This document shows positions 1 to 9,594 of a DNA stretch of 64,000 bases, piece by piece (the first letter of the stretch is position 1; every line of letters starts with the position of its first letter). The notes below the pieces were generated by a model, which did no database searches, was not told the DNA's origin, and worked only from the letters and a program-made list of their open reading frames with translations. The stretch lies in NCBI GenBank assembly GCA_963704725.1, contig OY969934.1, positions 896,001 through 960,000 of the forward strand, written 5' to 3'. The position numbers and the translations under genes were made by a program. Source of the DNA: an uncultured Actinomycetes bacterium. GTDB lineage: Bacteria > Actinomycetota > UBA4738 > HRBIN12.

Positions 1-435
1 GACGTCATGCCGGCCGAGATGCGTGCTCAACAGGCCCAGGTGAACTCCGCGGCAGTCGAGTTCATGAAGGACACGCCGATGTACCAGCTCTATCAGCGGG
101 TCGCTCCGCGCCCGCAGGACTTCGGGCGGCTGCTGGACAAGATCGGCGAGTCGATGAGCAGAGACTTCGACTACAGCGAGGAGTTGCGCGATCTCCGAGT
201 GCCGACGATGCTCGTCTGCGCCGATGCGGAGATGGCGCCCCCGAGCCATTACGTCGAGGCGTTCAAGCTCCTCGACGGCGGTCTTCGCGACGGGGGTTGG
301 ATGGGCGAGGGCCGGCCGAAGGGCGGGCACGCGCTCGCGGTCCTGCCCGGCCTGACCCACTACAACCTCTCCACCTCGCCGCTGTTCGCCGCGGTCGTTC
401 TCGACTTCCTCGAGGGACCGCAGGGCCAGAGCTGA
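1..435 (+). CDS. alpha/beta-fold hydrolase, 5'-truncated by the window edge
   Basis: Open frame from base 1; C-terminal hydrolase pattern 'LRVPTMLVCADAE...LAVLPGLTHY' (acid and His loops). Confidence 0.75.
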   Translation, partial: DVMPAEMRAQQAQVNSAAVEFMKDTPMYQLYQRVAPRPQDFGRLLDKIGESMSRDFDYSEELRDLRVPTMLVCADAEMAPPSHYVEAFKLLDGGLRDGGWMGEGRPKGGHALAVLPGLTHYNLSTSPLFAAVVLDFLEGPQGQS

Positions 436-457
436 ACCGTCGACTGCGCGACGGCGG

Positions 458-1690
458 TCAGAACCTGCCGGGCCCCTCCTCAAGCGGCCCCACAAGGAGC
501 CAGGTGCGCATGGGCCCCTTGCCTTTCACCTCGATCGACTCCCTCGGTTCCATGCGGTACCGATCGCACAGACGCGCGTGCACTCGCTCCGTGACCTGGA
601 TCGAGCCCGGGGCGCCGTGGCTCTCCATCCGACTGGCGGTGTTCACGGTGTCGCCCCACAGGTCGTAGATGAACTTGCGCCGCCCGATCACGCCGGCGAC
701 CACCGGACCGGTGTCGATGCCGATCCGGAGTTGGAGGTCGCTCCCTCCGGCCCGCCGCCCCTCGCACTCGCGCAGCATCGCGAACGCCATCTCGGTCACG
801 GCCTCACAGTGGTCCCCCCGCGGGGTAGGGATCCCTCCGGCGACCATGTACGCGTCACCGATCGTCTTGATCTTCTCGAGTCCCTTCTCGTCGGCCAGCC
901 GGTCGAAGGCCGTGAACAAGTCGTCGAGCAACGCCACCACGTCCTCGGGGGCCAGCGCGGCCGAGAGCGGCGTGAAGTCCACGATGTCGGCGAAGAGCAC
1001 CGTCGCCTCCGCGAACCGGTCGGCGATCACCTCGTCGCGGCGCTTCAGGCGCGCGGCCACCGGCGCGGGCAGGACGTTCAGCAGCAACCGCTCGGAGCGC
1101 GCGTGCTCCCGCTGCTGCTCGCGCACGAAGTACTGGAGCAGGACGTAGGCGACGAGGGAGGGCCCGGCCAGGTTCCCGGCGAAGAAGGCGATCCGGATGG
1201 GCTCGGGGATCGCCGCCGGCTCGAGGAACGGCTCGAGCGCCGTCGAGACCGCCAGGAGGGCGAGGTACGCGACGAACCAGGGCACGGCCTCGCGCGTTCC
1301 CGAGAACATGAGCGCGCCGAGCGCCGCCGAGAGCGCCCACAGGGACACGCCGCTGGAGCCCACGAACCCGCCGAGCGACCATTGGAGGGCGAACGGCAGC
1401 AGAAGCGTCAGCGCCAGTTGGATCGTCCGGAACGCTACGTAGCGCCGGGTCCGCGCGAACCAGGTGAGCAGGGCGATCGAGACCACGAGGTAGCCCAGGG
1501 GGATCGAGGCCGGCACCGGCAGGCCGAGCGCGAAATACGTGACGACCCACAGGGGTGTCAGGACACACACCAGGCACGTCGACAGCACCAAGGTCGAGCG
1601 ACGAAGCCGCTGCTCCTCCGTATCGGTCCCGACGGCGCCGAGGGCCGCCAGCCGCCGGAGCGGCGACGATCGCTCCCCGTCGATGCTCAC
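458..1690 (-). CDS. membrane-bound class III adenylate cyclase (about 6 TM plus cyclase domain)
   Basis: Motifs VLFADIVDFT, EKIKTIGDAY and YDLWGDTVNTASR give both metal Asp, the Lys/Asp specificity pair and the Asn/Arg. Start uncertain: GTG 1690 chosen, ORF extends to 1801. Confidence 0.9.
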   Translation of the reverse strand: MSIDGERSSPLRRLAALGAVGTDTEEQRLRRSTLVLSTCLVCVLTPLWVVTYFALGLPVPASIPLGYLVVSIALLTWFARTRRYVAFRTIQLALTLLLPFALQWSLGGFVGSSGVSLWALSAALGALMFSGTREAVPWFVAYLALLAVSTALEPFLEPAAIPEPIRIAFFAGNLAGPSLVAYVLLQYFVREQQREHARSERLLLNVLPAPVAARLKRRDEVIADRFAEATVLFADIVDFTPLSAALAPEDVVALLDDLFTAFDRLADEKGLEKIKTIGDAYMVAGGIPTPRGDHCEAVTEMAFAMLRECEGRRAGGSDLQLRIGIDTGPVVAGVIGRRKFIYDLWGDTVNTASRMESHGAPGSIQVTERVHARLCDRYRMEPRESIEVKGKGPMRTWLLVGPLEEGPGRF

Positions 1691-1807
1691 ACGTCGATCC
1701 GGTTCCACCGGGCGGATCGTGACAGCAACCATCGTCGTGCGCGAGCGGACTCCGATCGCCTCAGGTCTGCGCGCAGGGGACTCAGCGCCCGGACTTGGCA
1801 TCGACGA

Positions 1808-1821
1808 TCTACATATGTAGA
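1808..1821. promoter_or_regulatory. perfect 14-bp palindrome TCTACATATGTAGA, putative PadR operator overlapping a -10 element
   Basis: AT-rich palindrome in a GC-rich context; overlaps TAGAGT (1818-1823), which ends 6 nt before the padR GTG. Confidence 0.7.
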
Positions 1822-1829
1822 GTTAGAGC

Positions 1830-2171
1830 GTGGCCACCCGCACCCGATCGTTCTCGCCGCAGACGTCGCGCGTGCTGGTCGCGCTCGGCGGGCGGGCGGC
1901 GGAGTGGCGGTACGGCTATGAGCTGGGCCTGGAGGTCGGGCTGAAGTCGGGGTCGCTGTACCCGATCTTGATGCGGTTGTCCGACCTGGGCCTGTTGGAC
2001 TCGAAGTGGGAGCACGACCCGCCGGTGGGGCGTCCACCTCGCCACCTGTACCGGCTGAGCGCGACGGGGCTCGCCGCGGCGGCCCAGGCGCGCCGGGCCA
2101 GACGTTCGCGGACGTCGACCCGTCGCCGGCCCCAGGCCGGCTTCGGGTTCGGGAGCGCTCCGTGCTCGTGA
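1830..2171 (+). CDS. PadR-family transcriptional regulator
   Basis: Winged-helix signature 'YGYEL...LKSGSLYPILMRL...GRPPRHLYRLSATG'. Confidence 0.9.
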   Translation: MATRTRSFSPQTSRVLVALGGRAAEWRYGYELGLEVGLKSGSLYPILMRLSDLGLLDSKWEHDPPVGRPPRHLYRLSATGLAAAAQARRARRSRTSTRRRPQAGFGFGSAPCS

Positions 2172-3130
2172 TCGGTGTCGTGGCCCTGTTCCTGGTTGCC
2201 CTCGGGTGGCGCCGGACGGTGGCCGGCACGAGCGATTCGGCCGCGGCGATCGTCGATCTCTCGGCCCGGAGACTGGCTTCCACCCGGCCGGAGTGGGGTC
2301 GAGCCATGGCCGCCGAGCTGTCCTGCCTCGACGGTCGGTCCACCCGGTTGCGGTTCGCTCTCGGCTGCGCCCGCGCCGCGCTGCTTCCTCCTGCGGCGGG
2401 CGCGAATCCTGCGCCCGGAGTGCGCCTCGTGGTCGCCGCCGCGGCGGTGGCGATCGTCGGTCTCGGCATCCTCGTCCAACGACGAGCGGAGGCTGCCGCC
2501 ATCGCCCGGCACGGCGGCTCGTACGAGCTCGCCGCCGTCGTGCTCGTCCTCGCCGCCGTCGGGTTGCACGTGTGGCTGGTCGATCGACGGGCGCGGGAGA
2601 CGTCGGCACGAGCCACGGCCGCCCGCCGTTCGGGGGTCACGGTCGGGGTGTTCCTCGGGGCCACGGCCTTGCTGTTGTCGCTGCCGATCCCCGGCGCCTC
2701 GTCCTCATCCTGGTTTGGCGGCGTGACCGCCATGCTGGCGTTCCCCTTGATGCTCGTCGGCTGCCTGCTGACCGGGGTGGTGGCCGCTCGAGCGAGCGGT
2801 GACAGCGCCAGCGGTCATGAGGCGGGCGTGTGGGCGGGCCGCGTGGCCGGATCGATCATGGCCATCGGGCTGCTGGCGACCACCCTGTGGGCCACGGGAT
2901 GGTTCGTCCACGATCCGGCCACGATCAGCGCCTATCGCGACACCCTCGCTACTGTGCACGTCGGGACGTACCAATCGCAGTTCCGCACGATCGCCGGTTT
3001 CGTCTCGAGCGAGAACGTCGACGCCGCCCTGATCAGCTCTCTGGTGCTGTTCCCGCTGATCGGGTTGGTGTTCGGCGCCGTGGGCGGCGTCGTCGGTTCA
3101 CCTCGCCCCGTGCGCGGGCACGACGCGTGA
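2168..3130 (+). CDS. PadR-associated multi-pass membrane protein
   Basis: GTGA overlap with the padR stop; 'EWGRAMAAEL...RLRFALGC' segment typical of PadR partner proteins; several hydrophobic helices. Confidence 0.75.
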   Translation: MIGVVALFLVALGWRRTVAGTSDSAAAIVDLSARRLASTRPEWGRAMAAELSCLDGRSTRLRFALGCARAALLPPAAGANPAPGVRLVVAAAAVAIVGLGILVQRRAEAAAIARHGGSYELAAVVLVLAAVGLHVWLVDRRARETSARATAARRSGVTVGVFLGATALLLSLPIPGASSSSWFGGVTAMLAFPLMLVGCLLTGVVAARASGDSASGHEAGVWAGRVAGSIMAIGLLATTLWATGWFVHDPATISAYRDTLATVHVGTYQSQFRTIAGFVSSENVDAALISSLVLFPLIGLVFGAVGGVVGSPRPVRGHDA

Positions 3131-3299
3131 ATCGCGGTCCTCGACACACACCCGCGATGACTGGTGTCGGTGATCCCGCTCGCCGAGGGCTGCCGAGAAT
3201 ACCCCGTCACCACCTTCCACGAGAGGTGCGCGATCACACGCCGAGCTGCGGATCTCCGTCGGGGCCCGATGCGTTCGCCGTGAAGAGGCCATGCGCGTG

Positions 3300-3932
3300 T
3301 CAGTCGATGATCCGGGTGCGCAGGGCGATCGCCACGGCCTGCGCCCGGTCCGCCGCCCCGAGCTTCTCGTACACCTGTCGGAGGTAGGTCTTGACGGTGG
3401 CCTCGGACAGCCCGAGCTCCGCGGCGATCTGCTTGTCGGCCATCCCCTCGGCCAGGAGACCGACGACGTCCAGCTCCCGCGGCGAGAGCGCGGGTGTCGC
3501 CCCGCTCGCGCGGCTCGAGCTCGAGAACCGCTGCAGGAGCGGGCCGGTCACCTCGGCCTGGATGTAGGCGTCGCCGGCGCCCGCGGCGTTGATGGCTCGG
3601 ATCAGCTCGTCGCGCGGCGCGCTCTTCAGCAGGTAGCCGACGGCGCCGGCGCGGACCGCCTCCTCCACGTAGGTCGGCTCGTCGGCCATCGTGAGCATGA
3701 CGACGGGGAGCCCGGGAAACCGTTCCCGGATCGTGGCCAGGAACTCGAGCCCGCTGCCGTCGGGCAGATGGATGTCGAGGAGAACGACGTCGGGGCGATC
3801 GGCCTCGATGGCCTCGAGACCCTTGGTCCCCGTCTCCGCCTCGGCCACGATCTCGATCCCGCTGTCGGGCCCGAGCATCCACCGGAGCCCCTCCCGGACG
3901 ACGAGGTGGTCATCGACGACGAGGATCCGCAC
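3300..3932 (-). CDS. NarL/LuxR-family response regulator
   Basis: Receiver 'ILVVDDH...DVVLLDIHLPD...GYLLK'; HTH 'LSPRELDVVGLLAEGMADKQIAAELGLSEATVKTY'. Confidence 0.95.
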   Translation of the reverse strand: MRILVVDDHLVVREGLRWMLGPDSGIEIVAEAETGTKGLEAIEADRPDVVLLDIHLPDGSGLEFLATIRERFPGLPVVMLTMADEPTYVEEAVRAGAVGYLLKSAPRDELIRAINAAGAGDAYIQAEVTGPLLQRFSSSSRASGATPALSPRELDVVGLLAEGMADKQIAAELGLSEATVKTYLRQVYEKLGAADRAQAVAIALRTRIID

Positions 3933-5748
3933 CGTCGGTCCTTTCGGCGGGCAGGGGCACCGTCGCCGTCAACGTCGTGCCGGCTTCCCGGCTGCTCATG
4001 ACCTCGACCGTGCCGCCGAGCGAGGTCACTCGGTCTCGTAGGTGCGAGAGCCCGGTCCCTTCGCGGAGGTCCTCGGTCCCGCTGCCGTCGTCGTGAACGG
4101 TCAGCACGACGCGCCCGTTCGCCTGCGAGAGACGGACCGAGACGTGGCCGGGCTCGGCGTGCTTGCGAGCGTTCATGACGGCCTCTTGAGCCGCCCGGTA
4201 CAGGGTGACGCCGACGGCGGGGTCGATCTCGGGCAGCTCGTCGACGCGGACGTCGATGGGCACGGGCCACTCGGCCTCGTGTTCGTGCGCGAGCGCTTCG
4301 AGCGCCCGGGCCAGCCCGAAGTCCTCGAGCACCGCCGGCCGGATCCGCGCCATGAACCGGCGGATGGACCGGGACTGCTCCTCCGCGAGGTCCTCGAGCC
4401 TGCCGAGCTCCTCGGCCACGTCGGGGTGATCGGGGACGCGGGCGCGCGAGCCCCGCAGGCCGAACAGGATCCGCGTGAGCACCTGGCCCAGGCCGTCGTG
4501 CAGATCGCCCACGAGGTGGCGGCGCTCCTCCTCCTGCCCCTCGACCAGGCGTCGGAGCAATCGCCCGCGCTGCTCGGTCATCTCGCGAAGGCCGTCGAAC
4601 CGCCGGGCGCTCTCGACGGCCACGCCGAGCTGCTGCGCGACCCCGGTGACGAGCCGGCGCTCGCGCTCCCCGAGCGGCGCCTCGGCCGGGGCGCAGGCTG
4701 CCAGGACCCCCCGCGTGTCCCTGCCGATCCTGAACGGCACCACGAGCACCGCGCAACGGGACCCGTCCTCGTGCGCCGACGACACCTCCGACGAGCCCGG
4801 GCGAGGCGGCTCACGGTCCTCGAGCACGTGCTGGGCGGCGGCGACCGCGGCGGGGCACATCTCGCCGTTGCTGGGCGTGAACGCGATGAGGGGAGTGGTG
4901 TCGTCCACCCACAGCGCGGCGCACCGAAGCCCCAGACCCGCCGACAGGGCGGCGAGCACCTCACGCCCGGCGCTCTCGAGCGAGGGCTCGCCCGACAGGG
5001 ACCGGGAGGTCTCGAGCAGCAGGGCCAGGTCCTCGGCCCGGTCCAGGGCTTCGCGGTGCTGCCGTGCCATGGACCGGCCGGTCGCCGCGAACAGCAAGAA
5101 CAGGAAGATCAACAGGATGGACAGGCCCGAGCCTACGGAGATCCACACCGCCAGCCGGATCTTGGCGAGGTGGGACTCGAGGGGGGCGAACCGCTGGTAG
5201 ATCTCGAACACGCCGAACACGACGGGGCCTTCATGGACGGGGACGTAGACCTCCAGGAGCGGGGCGCCGAGGGCCGTGTCGAACTCGTTCTCCTCGTGCG
5301 TCATGTCGGTGATCTCGGCCACCGGGGTCCCCGCAAGCGCGCTCGCGAGCGGATCGTCGATCGGGTAGCGCTGCCCCACCTCGCGCGGCTCGTCCGAGTA
5401 GACGATCTGGCCCGAGGGGTTCCACAGCTTCACGCGGACGTTCTCGCCGCCCAGCAACCCGTCGCGGACGAGGTGATCGAATGCGTCGTACTCCGCGCCG
5501 GTGAGCGGGTCGCCGATCGCCGGGATGAGGGCGCTGCTCAAGAGCGAGTGGACGAGGGAGTGCGCGGCGTCGGCGCGCGCCTCGAGCGACTCGCGCTCCG
5601 CGACGGCGGGGATGACGATGCCCAGGGCGATCGAGAGCACGGCCGAGACCGCCACGCCCGCGATCGAGAGGCGACCCGTCCGAGACAAGGCCGCCCACGG
5701 CAGCCGCCCAGTCTCGCGAACCGTGCCGACCAACCCCCGTTGCCCCAT
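3910..5748 (-). CDS. sensor histidine kinase (TM-sensor-TM, GAF, HisKA_3, HATPase)
   Basis: H-box 'EERRHLVGDLHDGLGQ', N-box 'QEAVMNARKHA', G boxes 'HDDGSG' and 'GTGL'; overlaps the cognate regulator. Confidence 0.92.
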   Translation of the reverse strand: MGQRGLVGTVRETGRLPWAALSRTGRLSIAGVAVSAVLSIALGIVIPAVAERESLEARADAAHSLVHSLLSSALIPAIGDPLTGAEYDAFDHLVRDGLLGGENVRVKLWNPSGQIVYSDEPREVGQRYPIDDPLASALAGTPVAEITDMTHEENEFDTALGAPLLEVYVPVHEGPVVFGVFEIYQRFAPLESHLAKIRLAVWISVGSGLSILLIFLFLLFAATGRSMARQHREALDRAEDLALLLETSRSLSGEPSLESAGREVLAALSAGLGLRCAALWVDDTTPLIAFTPSNGEMCPAAVAAAQHVLEDREPPRPGSSEVSSAHEDGSRCAVLVVPFRIGRDTRGVLAACAPAEAPLGERERRLVTGVAQQLGVAVESARRFDGLREMTEQRGRLLRRLVEGQEEERRHLVGDLHDGLGQVLTRILFGLRGSRARVPDHPDVAEELGRLEDLAEEQSRSIRRFMARIRPAVLEDFGLARALEALAHEHEAEWPVPIDVRVDELPEIDPAVGVTLYRAAQEAVMNARKHAEPGHVSVRLSQANGRVVLTVHDDGSGTEDLREGTGLSHLRDRVTSLGGTVEVMSSREAGTTLTATVPLPAERTDGADPRRR

Positions 5749-5856
5749 CCGAAGGTCCCCCGTTACCTCTTCGATCTCGCCTCACTGTGCTGCGCTCGGG
5801 CCGGGGTCCGGTCGGGCCGATCGGGCCCTCCGCGACGGGCCGAACGGACCGGGACC

Positions 5857-5876
5857 CCCCCTTCGAACGAAGGGGG
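5857..5876. promoter_or_regulatory. inverted repeat CCCCCTTCG-AA-CGAAGGGGG, putative response-regulator site
   Basis: 9-bp arms in the divergent intergenic region, about 55 bp upstream of -10-like TAGCGT (5931-5936). Confidence 0.5.
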
Positions 5877-5975
5877 CGGGGACGGGCCCGCAAGGGCACC
5901 TCGGCAGGGGCCCGGGGCGGGGCGGCCGCCTAGCGTTGCTCCCATAGCCGATCGAGGAAGAAGGAGGTCAGGGAG

Positions 5976-6584
5976 ATGCCACGTCGAACGTTCGACGCGA
6001 TCGTCTCGTCCGTCGGCGTGCTGCTGACGGCCGTGCTGATCATCGCGGGTGGGCTGCTGTACTGGGGTTACAGCTTCGCGAACAGCCAGGTCCACGAGAA
6101 CCTGAAGGCCCAGAGCATCTACTTCCCCGAGGCGGGCAGCGAGTCGCTGGCCTCGCCGGAGATCGGGCCGTACCTGAGCCAGTACGCCGGCCAGCAGCTG
6201 CTGAACGGCGAGCAGGCCCGGGCCTACGCGAACCACTACATCTTCGTCCACCTGCAGGGCATCGCCGAGGGCAAGACGTACTCGGAGGTCAGCACCCTGG
6301 CCCGGGAGAACCCGGACGACCCGGAGCTTGCCGCTCAGGTGGACACGCTGTTCCGCGGGACCACGCTGCGGGGGATGCTCCTTGACGCCTACGCGTTCTG
6401 GAAGTTCGGCCAGCTCGCCCTGATCGGATCCCTGGCGGCGTTCGGGCTCGCGGCCATCATGGGTGTGCTGAGCGTGCTGGGGTTCCGGCACCTTCGCAAG
6501 GTCTCGCCGAACGCGCAGGTCTTCGCGGTGGCGGGCGAATCGGTCTCGATCGAGGACGAGGTGGTCGTGGGGACCTCCCGCTAG
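5976..6584 (+). CDS. conserved actinobacterial two-TM membrane protein of unknown function
   Basis: AGGAGG RBS; N- and C-terminal TM helices; 'YAGQQLLNGEQARAYANHYIFVHL...TLFRGTTLRGMLL' motif. Confidence 0.8.
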   Translation: MPRRTFDAIVSSVGVLLTAVLIIAGGLLYWGYSFANSQVHENLKAQSIYFPEAGSESLASPEIGPYLSQYAGQQLLNGEQARAYANHYIFVHLQGIAEGKTYSEVSTLARENPDDPELAAQVDTLFRGTTLRGMLLDAYAFWKFGQLALIGSLAAFGLAAIMGVLSVLGFRHLRKVSPNAQVFAVAGESVSIEDEVVVGTSR

Positions 6585-6609
6585 CACGATCGCTCGACCG
6601 ATCCAGCCT

Positions 6610-6642
6610 CGGGGCTCGCCCGATCCACTTGGGCGAGCCCCG
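6610..6642. terminator. GC-rich hairpin between convergent genes
   Basis: CGGGGCTCGCCC-N9-GGGCGAGCCCCG, 12-bp stem. Confidence 0.6.
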
Positions 6643-6682
6643 GTGCCGTCCTCGAGCCGGGGCCCCGCGAGGGTCTTCGGCG

Positions 6683-7528
6683 TCACCACGCCGTCGCCTC
6701 CGCGGGCGGCGGGGTCGGGTCCGGGACGTGTGCGCCCTCGTCGGCCTCCCAGGTGACCGATCCCTGTGCTCGACCGCCGGGGCCGACGTCGCGGATCTGC
6801 AGGCGGCCGTCCTCGGTCGCGACCAGCAGCCTGCCTCGAGCGTCCCAGTCGGCCCACTGCACGCCCTCGAGGAGCGTCGCCGCGTCGCCGGCGTGCAGCT
6901 CGTAGCGCACGTCGGAGCGGATCCCGTGCAGCTCGCGGATCGCCGCGTACGTTCCTCGAACGGTGAGGCGGTCCGAACCGCCGGAGCCCGGCCGCACCTT
7001 CTCCATCACGATGCGGTCGCCCCGGCGTTCGTCCCAGGCGTCGTCCTCGGCCCTCGGAGGCGTGTCGGCGGTCTCGGTCCACCCCCGCCGGCGCTCCACC
7101 GCGAAGGCGTCGGCGCGCGACAGGCGCAGGCCGAAGCGATCGCGCACGGGCCGGAGGTCGCCTCGATCGGGCTCGTCGACCTCACACACCGATCGGTCCT
7201 CGAGGAACTGCATCCCTCGCGTCCACGTGCTGCCGATCCCCCATCCGGCGAGCGCGGTCAACCAGGGCAGCCGTGAGATCGCGAGGTACGTGGCGCCGAG
7301 CTCCCACTCCGCGGACGCCTTCAGGGCGAAGTAGGCGAGCCACCGGCCGTCGGGGGACAGGTCGCACCGCTGCGGATAGATCGTCCCTCGGAGCCACGCC
7401 CCGGGCTCGTACGCGGGCGTCTCGAGGTCCCACCGCCCCACGTGCATCCACGCGCTCGGGCCCCTCCGGATGATGGCCACGATCGGAGCCCGGAGCGCCG
7501 GGATGCCGAAGATCCTCGGCCCCATCAT
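6683..7528 (-). CDS. hypothetical protein with beta-propeller-like segments
   Basis: Protein-like composition; WD/PD40-like repeats 'RCDLSPDGRWLAYFA' and 'WADWDARGRLLVA'. Confidence 0.7.
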   Translation of the reverse strand: MMGPRIFGIPALRAPIVAIIRRGPSAWMHVGRWDLETPAYEPGAWLRGTIYPQRCDLSPDGRWLAYFALKASAEWELGATYLAISRLPWLTALAGWGIGSTWTRGMQFLEDRSVCEVDEPDRGDLRPVRDRFGLRLSRADAFAVERRRGWTETADTPPRAEDDAWDERRGDRIVMEKVRPGSGGSDRLTVRGTYAAIRELHGIRSDVRYELHAGDAATLLEGVQWADWDARGRLLVATEDGRLQIRDVGPGGRAQGSVTWEADEGAHVPDPTPPPAEATAW

Positions 7529-7549
7529 GCGATGGTAGGACGCATCCCC

Positions 7550-8167
7550 TCACTCGGTGCGCGCGGCGACGATGAGGCCGGCTCGCCAGCCCGGGGCCCG
7601 GCCTCGAGACGGAGGACGGATCGGGTCCATGTCGATGCCGCCCCGGGCGAGCAGCCACGAGGTGACGGAGTTCGAGTTCCACATGTCGCCGGTGTGCCGC
7701 TCGTCCCGTCCCCAGACCAGGGGTGGCACGGAGGGCACGAGATCGAGGATCTTCGACGCGACGGCGGGATCGTCCGTCACGGACACCCTGGAGACGGCCT
7801 CCGACAGGTCCGGGATGATCCCCTCTCGCCACCGCCGGATCTCGTACCGGAAGAGGCGCAGGCGCCCGGCCGGTCTCGTTCCGACCGGCCCCTCCACGAC
7901 CACACCGCGCTCCGAACCACGATCGTCGCGGATCGGGGTCATCTCGACGACGTAGCGGCCGTGCGGAACGACGATCTGCAGCGCGGAGTGATACAGGTCG
8001 CACCGAGGTCGGCGTTGGACCACCGCGCTGAGCGCCTCGAAGACCTTGCCGCTCAGGCGCACGACGTGCTGACCCGCGCCCAGCGGGATCCACGAGAGCT
8101 CCACCGCCGACGGCGGTGGCGTCTCCTCGGCGCTCGAGCCGCTCGTCAGCTGGGCGGAGGGTTCCAC
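7550..8167 (-). CDS. conserved hypothetical protein
   Basis: 'LSWIPLGAG...LYHSAL...WGRDE...MWNSNS' reads as a conserved core; the upstream part of the ORF overlaps the PPOX gene, so GTG 8167 was chosen. Confidence 0.65.
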   Translation of the reverse strand: MEPSAQLTSGSSAEETPPPSAVELSWIPLGAGQHVVRLSGKVFEALSAVVQRRPRCDLYHSALQIVVPHGRYVVEMTPIRDDRGSERGVVVEGPVGTRPAGRLRLFRYEIRRWREGIIPDLSEAVSRVSVTDDPAVASKILDLVPSVPPLVWGRDERHTGDMWNSNSVTSWLLARGGIDMDPIRPPSRGRAPGWRAGLIVAARTE

Positions 8168-8580
8168 GGCCCGACGCCGCCGAGCCGTTCCGGCGTGATC
8201 CTGGTCACGAACCCCGGCGGGGGATCGGGCATGTTCGGGAAGGCGACGTCGGGACCGAGGTACGTGTGCGCGAGGCGCTGGAGCATCTCGGGGGCGCCTC
8301 CCTCGGTCACCCGCGCCGTCCCGTACACGACGAGGTACTCGAGCAGCCCCCACGCGTTCCGGTTGGCCGACGGGATGGAGAGCGCGATGCGGCCGTCGCG
8401 CCGGAGGTTCCGCAGCTTGCGCTGCTCGGGGATGGTCGCCAGGACGATCTCGTCGCCCTCGATCCCGACCCAGGCGGCCGTGACCTGCGGTCCGCCGTCC
8501 TCGTCGATCGTGACCACGTGGGCGACCGCGTCGCTCAGCAGGAGCTCGCGAGCCGCCTCCGGGAGCGGGATCCCTGGCAC
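8146..8580 (-). CDS. PPOX-class (probably F420-dependent) oxidoreductase
   Basis: Split-barrel pattern 'AHVVTIDEDGGPQVTAAW...KLRNLRRDGRIALS'. Confidence 0.88.
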   Translation of the reverse strand: MPGIPLPEAARELLLSDAVAHVVTIDEDGGPQVTAAWVGIEGDEIVLATIPEQRKLRNLRRDGRIALSIPSANRNAWGLLEYLVVYGTARVTEGGAPEMLQRLAHTYLGPDVAFPNMPDPPPGFVTRITPERLGGVGPWNPPPS

Positions 8581-8648
8581 CGACGCATGCTACTCCAGCG
8601 GGGGCGTTGTGGGTCTCTTGGACCGACGCCGCATCGGGCTCGCGGCGA

Positions 8649-9503
8649 TCAGGTCAGGTCGAAGGCGACGACCTCGGCGTCGGCCGTCCGTCGGTACCCG
8701 ACGGCCTCGTACACGGCGTTCGCCGGCACGTTGTCGACGTTCGAGACGAGGTAGCACGCGGCGTACCCGCGCCCCAGCAGCTCGGTGGCCAGACCGGCCA
8801 GGAGGCTCTTGGCGTACCCGTGCCCTCGGTGCTCCGGCGGCGTGTAGACCGGACCGACCCGGATGCCGGTGCCGGTGGGTCCCATGAAGCCGGCGAGGCA
8901 CACCGGCCCGGACGCGCCGACCCACAGCCGGTAGCCGGCGTCCTCCGCCTCCAGTCGTCCGCCGAGGAAGCGGCGGAGCTCCGCCGCGCCGAGCTCGTCC
9001 TGCGATGGAGCCTCCTCCGCGAAGTCCCGCATCCACCCCACGACCAGGTTGCGGTCGCCCCGGTCCGCGGGCCTCGGTTCGCCGTCCGTACGAGGCACGG
9101 GTCGCACCTCCTCGAGCGCGTAGTCGGTGAGTCGAGCCACGACGCGCGGCGACCGACCGGTCGCGCTCGTCCATCCTTCGACGAACGCGTCCACGGCGGG
9201 GTGGTTCCCGGTGACGCCCGGAAGCCCCGGGGCGTCCGCCGCGATGGCCTCCACCAACGGCGCGATGGCCGCGCCGTCCACGGGATCTCCGAGGAGCAGG
9301 TCGCGCGGCGGGGTCCACAGCGCGGCCGCGACGGGCTCGGGGTCGCGCGCGATCCACCCCTGGTGGAACTCGAACGGGTTCGTTCCGGAGGCGTGCATCG
9401 CCGCGACCCCCAGGATGAGGTGGTTGCGGGCCTCGTCGCGCCGCAGGAGCGGACCGGCCAGGCTCAGGAACGGGATCGCGTCGTCGGCTCGCAGGATCTG
9501 CAC
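8649..9503 (-). CDS. GNAT-family N-acetyltransferase (FR47-like C-terminal domain)
   Basis: Acetyl-CoA motif 'RVGPVYTPPEHRGHGYA'; 'NVPANAVYEAVGY'. Start could be 9539. Confidence 0.88.
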   Translation of the reverse strand: MQILRADDAIPFLSLAGPLLRRDEARNHLILGVAAMHASGTNPFEFHQGWIARDPEPVAAALWTPPRDLLLGDPVDGAAIAPLVEAIAADAPGLPGVTGNHPAVDAFVEGWTSATGRSPRVVARLTDYALEEVRPVPRTDGEPRPADRGDRNLVVGWMRDFAEEAPSQDELGAAELRRFLGGRLEAEDAGYRLWVGASGPVCLAGFMGPTGTGIRVGPVYTPPEHRGHGYAKSLLAGLATELLGRGYAACYLVSNVDNVPANAVYEAVGYRRTADAEVVAFDLT

Positions 9504-9594
9504 GACCGAGACGCTAGCGGCCGGCGGGCCGAAGGTCACCCCCGTCGGGTTGACACGACCAGACCGCGGGTCGAGGCGCTGATAGGTTCGAGCC

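Noticed and set aside
3131-3299. Possible gene remnant between convergent genes
   Set aside because: Short open stretch with no start or RBS and no recognisable family
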